Shown here piece after piece: positions 1 to 12,489 of a stretch of 64,000 bases of DNA. How positions within the stretch are numbered: the first letter of the stretch is position 1; each line of letters starts with the position of its first letter. The translations under genes were made by a program, and so were the position numbers. Origin of the DNA: Azolla caroliniana (taxonomy: Eukaryota > Plantae > Polypodiophyta); assembly GCA_043228905.1 (NCBI GenBank), contig JBHGNT010000015.1, forward strand, positions 1,550,001-1,614,000, written 5' to 3'. The notes beneath the pieces were generated by a model. It saw nothing but the letters and a program-made list of their open reading frames with translations, was not told the origin of the DNA and did no database searches.

Positions 1-1336
1 CAATGCGATTACGCTCATAACATATTTCCCATCTTCAAAAAATTACATTCTTGCATTGAAAAGTTAGGGAAGTTGGTTTTACGAGAACTTTTGGCTCCCA
101 TGTAACATCCATCCTTTTTATTTTAAACTATCCTTAGATTGTAAGTGTTTAGTTTAGATGTTGAATCATCAAAGTAACTAGAGTTTTAATAGAATTTGAA
201 TAATCATCATAACCCAAGAGCTCTATGAGACAACTAATGTGAAAGACATGATCGATTATGATGCCAACTAGAAGTTCGATGCAATATATAAAGAAAGCAA
301 TCACTTGAGGATTGTGAAAAGTCCACAAAATTGTGGAGCTAATTTACACATTTACCCATAAACAATTTCTTAGAGTCATGAGGCACATGTATGCATGGTC
401 TTCACCTCTATTTAAACCGAATAGAAAATGGGTTGTTTGTTGATTATGGGGTCAACTGTTGTTTTTACATGTGATAATTATTCTCTTCTACTATTGCTCT
501 TTTGGTTGAACAACAATATAACATATGTAACTTTGATTATGGATGGTGGCAGATTTAAAAACATAGTTGGCATTTCGAAATTGTCACTTGTAGCAAAAGT
601 CTTCATTTGGAGGTATTGATTTAGGGTTTACCTGTGGGATTAGTGCTAAGGCCACATGGATAGCAACAAGCAATTGTTTCTTTTGTACTATTCAAGTGAA
701 AGGTAATACTCATCATATCATACAATGTCTAATTGTTTGTTAAATTGGAGTTATAATTTTTAGATTCAACAAGTTTTGTCATGTTGTTATTTGATGCAAG
801 ACAATGGGTGTTTACACAATACAACCCAAAATCACAAATGGAGATTGTTTTCCTAATTTGGAAATATTTGGGATTGTGCCATAATTGGGATATTTGCAAT
901 CCTTTTGGTAGGTACGGAGTCAAAGCTTATTCATGAAAGTTGAAGTGTGTACTTATGTGGAAATTTTCTTTAATAGAACAAGAAAAAATCCTTTCCTCGA
1001 TGGAGTGTTCATCTATCCTATTGGTGATTGAACATGACCCACCACCCGATTAGAGGTGATTACACTCATTTGTGGTGCTAATGTAGTGTTTTTCATGCAT
1101 TTATGAATAATAATTGTGTATTTTTGTCAAGAGTGAGTGAGTGAGAAGGTGTTCTCATGTGGCATTTTTGGATGTTAGAGCATGTGGGCCTCAAGTGCAT
1201 ATTTAGGAATTTACAGGATGTCTCTCTCCCTACATAAGCAGGTAGAGAAGACTAAGAAGTTGTACGAAGCGGGTTTTACATACGAGTAATATAAGTGTGT
1301 GATTTTACCAACTAGAGAGAGAGAGAGATCCTAGAT

Positions 1337-1400
1337 GGATGTAGCTCAGTTGGTAAGGTTGCCCAATGGAGACCAGGAGATCATGGCTCTCAAATAGCAA
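1337..1400 (+). mobile_element. tRNA-like SINE head (degenerate), interrupted by a MITE
   Basis: GGATGTAGCTCAGTTGGTAAG resembles a tRNA acceptor/D-arm with an A-box. It follows a (GA)n run. No intact B-box or cloverleaf. Confidence 0.4.
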
Positions 1401-1417
1401 TTGTTTGTAGTTTGATC

Positions 1418-1989
1418 TAGCAATGGGCGCGGTTCGGTTTCTTGGCCTTGAAACCAAACCATTTATTTATATTAAAAACCAAACCAAATTGTTTAAATTT
1501 TATGAAGCCATTCAATGATCTTTCAGATCGGGTGTTGTGGGATAGAGTGGCTTCAATAGTTGCACAATCTCTACGGAAAACATAACATTGTAGATGATGT
1601 GCCTTTTTTAAAACTAATGGAAGGATATTTTGTTTAAAAATAAAAATAAAAATAAATAAATAAATAAATAAATAATGAAGCCATTTAAACTAGACCAAAT
1701 CAGTTTATCATAAATCAAAACCAAACCAAACCTATAAACATTTAAACCTTCAAAACTTTTAAACCTTTAAACCAAACCACATAAACCAAAATTGCTAAAC
1801 CGTGAAATTCAAAACCAATAAGCCGTTAAACCGCTAAACCATGAAATTCAAAACCGAACCAAACCGAAACCAAATTGGATCATAATATTTGAAACCAAAC
1901 GAAACGATTTATTTATCTTTGAACCAATAAACTGTTAAGCCATGGCTTAACAGTTCGGTTTGGTTCAAGCCGAAACCTTGCCCATGCTA
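1418..1989. mobile_element. hAT-type MITE, copy 1
   Basis: Ends are TAGCAATGGGC...GCCCATGCTA. 8-bp TSD GTTTGATC (1410-1417) / GTTTGACC (1990-1997). Interior rich in AAACC/GGTTT. Same family as 53980-54537, in opposite orientation. Confidence 0.85.
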
Positions 1990-3825
1990 GTTTGACCAAC
2001 AACATGACATTGGCTCTCCTACCAACCGGCCAATATATTGTCACCCCTTTATGCTTGAGAATTATTCATAAGTTTCACACATGGAGGTGATACATTGATC
2101 CTTTAGCCTAATGCATATTTGCAATTATGTTGAGATTACCATAGTCATCACATGCATATTTGAATTTGTCTTTATCCTACATTTAAGAAAATGCAACCTG
2201 AGAATAAATCCCCTTTAATGTGGAGAATCATGTAGTGTCTCAGACACAATATCATTTATACAATCGTGGACAGTTAATGTGAACCACAAATTGTCACATC
2301 GTATCATTAGTATAATGATTGAAAACATTAGGAGTCGAATACGTGTTTAGGAGGGTGCATAAGACAAAACAAGGATATATGTCTCAACATGTGTTGAAAT
2401 ATATAAGAAAATTTAATGCTCAAAATGCATTTTGTGAATATGATATATGGGTTTGAACATCTCATTACAATGTCATTTCTTTATTATACACCTTTCAACT
2501 TATCTTGATATTGAGATCCTCCAATTGTCAATGATGATGTTTTTTTATTGTGACACAAGATATGTTGACTTGTGAATCCAACAATATGACATAAAAACTT
2601 GTTGATGACCACACCTTGTGGATACCTAAAGAGAAACTATGTTTCTTATTGTGTGCACATAGATACTTTCTAACAAGACTTTTGTTTCATTGAAGGTAAA
2701 AATAAGACAACGGGTGCATTGATAACTTTCCTCCATGCGGGTTAAAACATCGTTTAACGTCAAGTTTTTGAAGACAATAAAAACTTGATTGCCATTATTT
2801 CAAACTCTCAACGCAATCCAACATAGTAAGCTTAAAAAATCACAAGTTGAAAGACGAGAATTTTGACAAGGAAGGTACCTTCGAAAACTATCACCCTTTG
2901 AAATGAAGCCTATAGAAGAGCTTTAACATGCCTCATCAACTATAAATGAACCAATGAATGTTGAATGGAACTCACTTCCATTGTTCACCTTCTTTAAAGT
3001 GAGTCAAACAAACATGTTTATATAAGGACAATTTTAGAGCTAGACATTGCACCTACATAACTTGACTATTGAGTGCCTGTCAATTGTCAACCCTGTAGGA
3101 AATCCATTCATATGGACACCTTATCAACACGCACGTAATTGATGATTAGTGGAAAGATATCTCAAATTCCATTTGTAGTAGTAATAGTTTACGTGCCTGA
3201 CCCTATAGGGAATGCATTTGTGCCGACAACTCATCAACACAAGTATAATCTGTGATGAGTTGAAGGATTTTTGAAGCTCTATTTATGGTACTAGAGGAGC
3301 CTTAAGCATATATCTGCCCCACAACGTTCGGCATGGGATATGTTATTTGCATTTAAGCATTCGAACGTTTACTTCATGATATTCAAGAAAGTAATCTACT
3401 TGGGGATCACTTTACTTATTGAATGGTACACGTTTGGGCTTGAAGAACGGTATCTAAGTTATTGGACTCAGGGGGCCTTGACAATACTTTAATGGAAGTT
3501 TGGGTCATCGATACAATATCATACAAAGATTGATGTGTGAGTTTGCCCGCCTTTGTCAACCATTTTGAGCGTGTTTATTCACCTAGATAAAATGGCATTG
3601 TTAGAGATTAGGGGTTTTTTTTATTTTTTATTTCTAGATAAGATGCCTTTGCTGACTGTTGGAGGTTGTTTGTTGATCTATAGATAAATGACACAATCAA
3701 AGATTAAGGTTTTTTTTTTTCACTGCCCACCCGTCCGGCCTTTGTGATAGCAATCGTGTATTTCACAAGACTTGTTGGTGATTACTCAAAGCAAATGCAA
3801 AAACAAAAGCATAAGTACGAATAAG

Positions 3826-4054
3826 CAATGGTTCGGTTTAGGCTTATCCGGTTTGGTTTGTCCAACCGGTTAAGCCTAAACCGGTTTGCGGGTGTCCAAA
3901 CCTAAACCGGTTTAGCCAACCCGATTAAGCCTTGACCGGCTAGGTAACCGGTTTGAGCAATCCCAAACCGAGCTCAAGCCTAAACCGACCCGAACCGCCA
4001 AACCGCGGTTTGGCGATTTGGTTTAGGCTTGAGTTGAGCCGTTGCCGATTCCTA
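3826..4054. mobile_element. Partial MITE rich in AACCG/CGGTT motifs (probable hAT family 2)
   Basis: The right end GCCGTTGCCGATTCCTA (reverse complement TAGGAATCGGCAACGGC) resembles the start of the element at 61877 (TAGGAGTCAGAAATGG). Many internal palindromic AACCGGTT motifs. Confidence 0.55.
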
Positions 4055-4061
4055 AGCTTCA

Positions 4062-4149
4062 TAAGGCAAAGGCATAAGGCATAAGGCAAAGGCAAAAGCA
4101 AAGGCAAAAGCAAAAGCAAAGGCATAAGGCAAAAGCAAAAGCAAAAGCA
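4062..4149. repeat. Hexamer microsatellite (AGGCAA/AGGCAT/AAGCAA)n
   Basis: About 14 tandem hexamers seen directly. Confidence 0.9.
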
Positions 4150-4319
4150 GAATACAGAAACCCAAAATCCTGAATGCCAAGAAGCGGAGAAGATTCGTCT
4201 TTGGATACCTCATGGTGGGGGCAATGGCTCGTGCTCCCCACATTACATCCACGATCCCTCAGGTATTATATTGATTTCTAGGTCGCTGCATCTCTTTTTT
4301 TCTAGTCTGTTTAAGATGT

Positions 4320-4848
4320 AAAGCATCAGTGCCACATATTTCTCCGGAGATATATAAGCACGTGGGCTATTGAAATCTGCAGAAATAATCATATGCGCCA
4401 CTGGATTCCTCAGTAGAAACTTATGAGTGTTGTATTCCTGTAGAGGTAAACGTATGGACGATGCAATCATTCAGAGTTAAAGCATATGGAGGCTGCAAAT
4501 CTGCAGAGTAAAAGCATATGGGCGATGTAAATTTCAGAAAAGGAAGCATGCGAGCGATGGTTCTCTGCAGGAGTTAAGCATATATGATGTGGAATTCTGC
4601 TGAATGAATTGGGCGATGCAATTTCTGCAGAAAGAAACATCTAGTTATGGAGATAAGCATATGGCAATAAATTTCTCGAGAAATAAACACGTGTGGACGA
4701 TGGATTTTTGCAGAAAAAACATATGGGTGACTGGTTTCTGAATAGATAAGAAAATCGGTGATGTACTCTCTGAATAGATAAGCATTCAGGTGTTGGAATT
4801 CCGAATTGGATTTCTGGAGAGATAGGCATATGGACAATTTCTGATTAG
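4320..4848. repeat. Highly degenerate ~31-32 bp minisatellite (~16-17 units) upstream of the SPL7 ATG
   Basis: Recurring AAGCATATGGGCGATG-n-TTCTGCAGA-n units, e.g. aaagcatatggaggctgcaaatctgcagagt and aaagcatatgggcgatgtaaatttcagaaaa. Confidence 0.75.
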
Positions 4849-4875
4849 TCCAAAAGATAGGGTAAGGCTTCACAT

Positions 4876-7800
4876 ATGGCTGATTGTAATTATGCCATTG
4901 AAGGATGGGAATGGGATATCATCTTGGAATCCCATGATACTGGCCTAATCCCAGTACATGGAGAAAATCTCTTCACACCTCAGCCATCCATCATCACATC
5001 AGTGACTATGCCAGAAGAGCCTGTTTCAAGCTTAATCACATCAAACTTACCACGTTCTCAATCTATTAACACAAATAACAACTTTATATCAGCCAAGCTC
5101 AAAGATTGGGAGACAAATAGCAGCTCCCCTACCACATTGAATATGGGGAACACATCTGAAAGCAGCTTAGAAAGCAGTGTTTATAATTATAACCATGAAC
5201 ACTCAGAAACCATTCTTGATAACATTCATCATGATGTGTCTATAAAGAAGAAGAAGAAAAGAGATATACGTTTAGAGTGCCCAAACTTTTTGGCTGGAAG
5301 AATTCCATGTGCATGTCCTGAATTAGATGCACTGTTTGCAGCAGATCTAGACACTGAAGAAAATGCCAAGAAAAAACTGAAAATAGGCGCTCGCTGTCAG
5401 GTGCCGGTTTGTAATGAGGACATAAGCCATCTGAAGAGTTATCATCGGCGTCATAGGGTTTGCCTTAGATGTGCAAACTCACCGAAGGTTATCTTGAAAG
5501 ATTTGCCTCATCGCTACTGTCAGCAGTGTGGCATGTTAGTATATTATTGATATCATATGCATTTTCACGAATATATTGTATGTTACAATGGGCATGCATT
5601 TTCACAGATATATAGTCTGTTTCAATTTCTAAACATGTTCACGAATATACAATATACTACATTGGCTGATGATTATGGTGAATATCCAGATTTCATCCGC
5701 TCTCAGATTTCGACGAAGACAAGAGGAGTTGTAGAAGGAAGCTTGAAAGGCATAATAAGAGGAGAAGGAGAAGGCCCGTGGAAGAAAGAGAAGAACAAGA
5801 CAGTGTGGATAATGTTAATGATCTGAATGGTAGTGTTTTTGTCTTATCAAGAATCATGATCATTGGAATTTAATGGAAAGCTTCTCTTAATCAAAGCTTT
5901 CACTCTCTCATTGTCTCTGAACAAAATTCCTAATTCAAAAGAGATTTCCCTCCATGGCACGAGAGCACCTTCAAATAGATTCTTGGGTTGACCAGGTTCC
6001 AGATTTTAGGGTTTGTGTTAATCCTTACTGCTACTTTAGCAACTCACCTATGATGATTGTTTAAACCAAGCACCTTGATGCATGACGTCATGTACCTTCA
6101 CTACGGTTAGCCATATAGTTACATGTATCATGGTTCATCATTTAGCATACTGGGTCACACCTTGTATTTGGCATATTCTCATGTATAGCATTAACCTTGT
6201 TGTCTCAGAAGAAGTTGAATGTCGAATGAACATCATCTCAAACCTAGAGGTACTGATAGACATCTGAACAGTGGTACTCATCAATACTTCAACATTGATA
6301 CAATTTCATCACTAGAATTTTGGAATTATCTTTTCAATACTGGGTCAGTTGTCCTTAATGTCACATAAATTTGGTAGCCATAGCCTCTTCACCTTGAGAA
6401 GGAAAGAGTTCCTGTTATAGTTTCTATGTTGCAGTTGTATTCAGTTGAACCATGATTAATTATAATATTTTGTTACTTTCCACATCCAGTTATTTAATAC
6501 ACAAAAGTATGTATTTCTGTAAGGTAATTGTGTTTCACAAGCAAGACATAAAGAAATATGGTTAGGTGACTAGTCTTTTGTTTGCTTCCATGGCAGTCGA
6601 GGAATTTGCTCTGGATTCAGCTAACCAAGACACAGAAAATCGATGTACAATTGATGATTCATCTACAAGACATGGGGAAGAACTTATTACCTCCAATGAC
6701 ATCAATTTAGATGAACAGATCCACCACAACATAGATAATGCAGTGACACCTTTAATAGGTGTAAAGCAGCTTCTCCCGAAGGCATTATTTATTTCTACTC
6801 ATCAAAGTAGAGATGCTGACTATGTATCACATGTAAGGAAGAGTTTTTCTTTTTGTGTGGCAAGTGTAATTTTATTATGTGCTCACACTCAAACCTAACA
6901 ATGCTAGAGAGAGGCCCTTTAACATCTGGATGGCTTTGTGCATAGAACCTGAGTTAAGAGCCAATGCAAAGTCCGAAATAGGCCTGTTAGCATGTGGATG
7001 GCTTTATTATTGGTTCCTAATTAATGTTATGTGTACCCACACAATATTTTTCCCCTTGTTATTGTACAGCTTGAGATAGATTTTGAATTTACAGTGTCCG
7101 ACTGGGCGCATTTCATTCAAGCTTTATGATTGGAACCCTGCTGATTTTCCCCGAATATTGCGTCAGCAGGTTAGAAATAACATTTTTGAGAGCTCATAAA
7201 TTTTGTGATTAATTTTAAATAAAAATATTTATAGCTTGTATGTGACAGATTTTCAAGTGGTTAGCAAATATGCCAGTGGAACTTGAGGGCTATATTCGGT
7301 CAGGTTGTATTATCCTCACATTCTTCATCACGATGCCAGAAATGATGTGGGATAATGTAAGCACAAATTCAAAAAATTTCATATTGGTCCAAGTTTTTTA
7401 CAAAATTATCTAAAATATTTTGTCAATTTTTAAGTGGATGTGATGCATGCATTTGCAGGCAATTGATGGGTGGATTTGCCATATGGAGAATTTACTTCAT
7501 TGGCAACGAACTAGGATTTTGTGTACAAGTCAAATATCATTGCAGATGAAAACGAAAAGAACACATATACAAGATGGTAAGGTTTTACAAGAAAAGCTGA
7601 TTATTGCATGCTCAAAATTGTTTCTTTTCATTAGGTTCATGGGAGATTGAACATGGAACTCAATTTGTTTAAAGAAAAAGCCCAAACTTGTTCTTATGAA
7701 CTCCACAACCTAGTTACTTCCAAAAGAAAAAGGCATTACTTTTTCTTATGAAATCCAAATTGAGTGGAACTTGAAAATCTCGGATAAACTAATCAAGCTT

Positions 7801-9329
7801 GCTGTTTCATGGAATGATCAATTTTACGGTTTTGATGAATGCAAAACGTAGATCTAGAAATCACCCTTTTACCCTAGAATATTATATTTCCCTACATAGC
7901 TGGCCCTTTTAAGGTTCAAGCTTTTCCTGTTCTTGGGGTTTCTGTTGCTTGATGAGCTGTTCAATGCATTACTCTAATTACTCAGTTATTGATTGTAGGT
8001 AGTGTCATGAATGCAGATCAGAAAGAAAATCTAGCTCCACACTTGGTGGATCTATATCCCCCCTGTTTGGAGGCTGGATGTCATACGTATCTCTACATAT
8101 GTGGATTTAATTTCTCTCATGCACGGTTTTTCTTGTCCTTCGGAGAGCATTACTTGGAATGCAGAAATTGTGAGCCTGTAACCACTCAAGATGAAGATTT
8201 TCCTAGTCTTCCAGTATGGGAGACAATAGAAAACCTCGAAATCTGTAAGATTACAGTGGTTTGCCCAGACGTGGAAAATTTTGGACCAGCGTTTGCTGAG
8301 GTTAGGCGTTTTTTTAAAGTTAGATATGTCTTGGTTTCAAGTCTTCTGAGAGAAGTTGATTTTTTGTTTTCCGACAGGTGAATACAGATAACGGTATCAG
8401 TAATTTCATCCCAGTATTGGTTGCAGATAAATGTATTTCTGCTGAGATTAATTCTCTTATATCTAATGTATGGTCTGATCAAGAAGGCGATAATGCTAGT
8501 CAAGGACAACTTTATAAAGCTGAATTATTGAAGCCACAATGGTGTTTGGATGTGCTTGTTGATTTGGGATGGACCTTGTCCTACAGTAGAAAACATATGT
8601 CTTTAAACAAAGCAGAAATTCAGAAGCGTTTTGCAAACCGGCTCCAGAATCTGTTGACATTTTCTTTAGAACATAATCTATGTGTTGTTACTAATCGACT
8701 TGTTGAGATAGCTCTTAAGGTTGGTATAATCAGGAGTGATGGGCCTCAATATATTTGGAATATAGAAGAGAACTCAACCTCAGCCAATAATATCCTTATG
8801 AATGAGGTGTTTTCTCCCCTAAACCTGAAGGCCGAAGAATCTAGCTTGTTGTCTTTGCCAAAAACCGAAGTTGGCAGCAATTCTTTTATCAAGGTACTCC
8901 CTTATTTGAGATGTATCTATAGACCTACTTAGACCTACTTGTTGAATCTTAGTATATCATTATCAGAACTTGAAATTTCTTCATTTTAAGGAGTCGCACA
9001 ATCTGGAGGACGTGGCTGTCAATTTAACTTTAGCGAGAAAGAGCATAGAATCGTACATATATAAAAATGTGGAGTCTCAGTTGGTGAAAGATTGTATAGT
9101 CATGGAGATGGACGAAAGGGTTCCGCTTTTAGATAGTTTTAATTGGCCCCCTCAACCAACAAGGCATCCAATAAATGCTAAAAAAAGAAGACTTTGGCAA
9201 ATCATTGTTGGTGCAGCAAGCGTTACAGCAGTATGTGCAGGGATGTGCTTTATGCTGGGACACCCACATGAAGTAGTGGACACCTACATCTCCTTCAGAC
9301 AATGCTTTTGGGGCTCCGAACTCTCATAA
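4876..9329 (+). CDS. SPL7: SQUAMOSA promoter-binding protein-like 7 (SBP-box copper-homeostasis regulator), 9 coding exons
   Basis: Exons 4876-5534, 5690-5829, 6597-6832, 7095-7169, 7249-7356, 7459-7576, 7999-8300, 8378-8893, 8991-9329, all GT-AG and in frame. Motifs: CPNFLAGRIPCACPE; SBP domain RCQVPVC..YHRRHRVCLRC..CQQCGIFH..KRSCRRKLERHNKRRRR; TGRISFKLYDWNPADFP; MPVELEGYIRSGC; SNFIPVLVAD; hydrophobic C-terminal segment. Confidence 0.92.
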
Positions 9330-10779
9330 TAAATGGTGGTGTCTCTATTTCAAAGGGTTATTGCTGGGCCAGTTCTACTCAGGACTCAAAATATTTTATG
9401 ACTGCTCAAAGATGGTACATGAGATGTCATCTTGGAATATAACAAATCCATAACACCATCTTACAAGTGGAACTTTGAGCATAGATGAAGTAATTTCAAT
9501 GTGAAGTTTGTTTGGCTGAACTGATCGATCATCTACAACTTTGTACAACTGATGCACACCCCATAACTTCACGACACTGTTTGTCTTATACATTGTATAA
9601 ATGCTCTACTCTAGAAGCTTCAGCAGGGCGTTCTTCTAATGGTGGAAGACTCACATCTACAGTCAGATTCATTGACTTGAATCATAACCATTGTTTAAAA
9701 TTTTGGTGTCATGCTAAAAATCACTCTAGATGAATACATTACTTATACCCCTTAAAAAGCCACAAAATTATTACGATTTTATCAGTTTTGTATTTATGCA
9801 TGAAAAATGGGGATTTTCATGCATCATATCTATATGAACCTTGTAAATCATTTGTTGTAAAAATAGTGTGATAACACCTACGGCCATTTGTAACATTAGT
9901 TTTTATTATGCTTGAATAATCACAGCCTTCTAGATGATATTGTGTTAAGTTGATCCTGATTAAAACATATTTATGCGTAAATAATCTGGTTTTGTATTAC
10001 AGCCGTGCATCATCTTGTAGTGCAAATTTTGGAGCACTTCCTAAAGTATTGAATTAATGAATTTAATGCTAGTAGCGATAAATTTGAATTTCAAAATCCT
10101 TAGTAGAGCTAGTGGTTGATCAGTCAGTGATGTTTGGAATTGATTTGTGGATGTGAATGAAGCCTTAAATTCACTTTCTGCTTGTTTCTTTTATCCCCTG
10201 AACATAAAGTAGATCAATGTCTCTTTTTCGGATATTTATTCCTTTCATCTTGTTGCTCTCTCCTCTCTACATGCAAACAAAACATGGATTGTAGAGATAA
10301 TTTGGAATGTCAAACATAAAAGCCTTCTATGGCCCAACAAAGGACATCCTAGAAGACTTTGGATTAAGTCTTTTCTGAGTCAAATAGTTATCCTTTGCCC
10401 TTTAATGAAAATCAAGTAGCAACATTGCAAAGAAAACATGCCACAAGTGAATGAAGCAAGGAGAGGAACTAGGTTGACTTCAAATATGCCAATGCTAATC
10501 TTAAATAGTCTATTGTTGCCATGCCCATCTCAAGATAGATGTTGGTACTTTGTGCACGATAGTGTATTGCAATGCCTTTCTTAAGATGGATATTGGGTAT
10601 TAAGAGCACAACTTTATAACAAACACATCTATGCTTTGGTAGTAGAGTCCCTAATGTGTAGGGATTTAGGTAAGAATTTGTTGTCCTTCCTTGCTGAAGT
10701 ATACCAAGAATTAGTGTAGGCTCCATGGACCATGAATGTGGTGCATAAGGATGTAGACAACATTGTTTGCAGATATGAA

Positions 10780-11710
10780 TTTGGTGAGGTTTGTAGATTT
10801 TAAGAACACCTTTGACACTACCAGTGTACAAGTAAAGGTCCTTCAATATTCATCAATTATCTAGTTGTGGTTAGAATGATTGGAGTAAAATAAAGATGCC
10901 TCTTTCATAATGAGGTACTTAATTACATAAAGAGATTGGGTGGTTTGAGAGGATACTTCGCAAAGATAGCCATAGAAATATTGTTGCATGTTGATGACAT
11001 TGTGTTGATTTCTTACTCTTGGCAAGGCTACAAATACATCTAGATGCTTTAATGTTAATACATAAGGATAGGTAAACCTTGTTCATAGAGGAAAAGGTAG
11101 CATACATGCAATCCAAATGCTTAGAAGTAATATTCAAAAGGCTTTGGTTCTCTTGATGCAAGGTTATGTGTGCTCAACTTTCTCATGGATGTGCAATTCT
11201 TGGTGCCCTTGAAAGACAATGTGCACATATACACTTTCACAAACTTCAACCAGAATTGGTTGGTTGATGCACTTGTAAAACCAATTCTCCTCTCTATGAT
11301 GAAACTTGGAGATCATGCCTTTTGTAGGGCACAAGAGTGTAGGGGTTTGGAGACATTTAGACTCAATGATAAAAATCAAAAGCATGAATAGACTACAATA
11401 CAATTGGGTAAAAATATTGGGTTGCAACCTCAAGAAATCGAGACACCATTCTCGTTAGTGACTTGTATCCAAACATATTTGGGAACTTCCAAACCCTAGG
11501 TTCAGCTCATGTGGCAAACAAGTTGACACTTATGTTGGCAAACCATGAATAATCGTTTTTGGCTTGCTAAAATGCAAGAATGATTCCACTCACATGGCAT
11601 AAAAATGGATGCCCTATACCCATTCCATTATGGATTGGATTGTGTGTATTTGGTGTCCGTGATCAAAGTGGACGAGAATAAAACTTGTATGATTAAATTG
11701 GATCATAATT
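10780..11710 (+). mobile_element. Heavily decayed LINE fragment (RT C-terminal half)
   Basis: Nucleotide similarity to the LINE at 33270-34880 (e.g. cttgtaaaaccaattctcctct vs cttgtaaaactaactcttccct; cacatggcat...ccattcca). Decayed YADD region (catgttgatgacattgtg). Boundaries approximate. Confidence 0.65.
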
Positions 11711-11854
11711 TGGTCTCCTCGAAGGACACCATTTTAAGATGTTAATATATATTTCTTTTGTTTTTCTCTCACTACTAGATCATATTTGGTCTCACATGGA
11801 CATTAAAACAATGGTCTCCTTATATTTGTTGCACTAGTGTGTGAGAATCAAGTG

Positions 11855-12425
11855 CAAATATGCTTAGAACATAGAAGAAGACTCAACCTATTCAAAGAAT
11901 ATGGTTATGAATGAGGTGTTTTCTACCCTAAACTCTTTTATCAAGGTATTCCCCTATTCAAGATGTTTTTGATGTTCCTAGACATGTACATGTTAAATCT
12001 TAGTACATCATTATGAGAACTTGATGTTTCTTCATTTTAAATTGTCACACAATCTACAAGAATATGTAGCCTTCGCATTAAACTTCAGGGCATTCAAGTT
12101 TAGACATATTAAAGTGTCAAATCTCAAATGGCAAAAGATTGTACTATCACAGAGATGCATGAAAATATTCCCTAATTAAATAGTTTTTCTTTGTACCTAA
12201 ATAGTAATAAGAGAAGACTTTGGCAAATCAATGTCAGCACAAGCACTGCTATAAGGATACATTATAGGGATTTGTGTTATGTTGCAATATTCACAGTAAC
12301 TTGTGGAGATCTACATGATCTTGAGACGATGTTTCTGGACTTGCAAATTCTTACATGTAAATGATGGCTTACCCTTATCAAAATAGGGTAGATGTGCATG
12401 ATTTCTACTCAAGGTTCAAACCTTT
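11855..12425 (+). pseudogene. Degenerate genomic duplicate of the SPL7 3' end (end of exon 8, intron 8, last exon, start of 3'UTR)
   Basis: Colinear with ~8747-9390: tatgaatgaggtgttttct, ttttatcaaggta(c/t)tccc, tttcttcattttaa, gaagactttggcaaatca, ttctactca. Contains frameshifts and stops. Confidence 0.8.
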
Positions 12426-12489
12426 CTACAACTTTATTGTGATTATTTTTAAGTGAAATGATTCTTGAGTGGAATTATTTATAAATGGC

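Noticed and set aside
2100-3700. Possible ancient transposon coding remnant with a weak internal duplication near 3075-3270
   Set aside because: No recognisable motif or termini.
3940-4252. AFAFAL/LCFC-repeat ORFs
   Set aside because: These come from the hexamer microsatellite.
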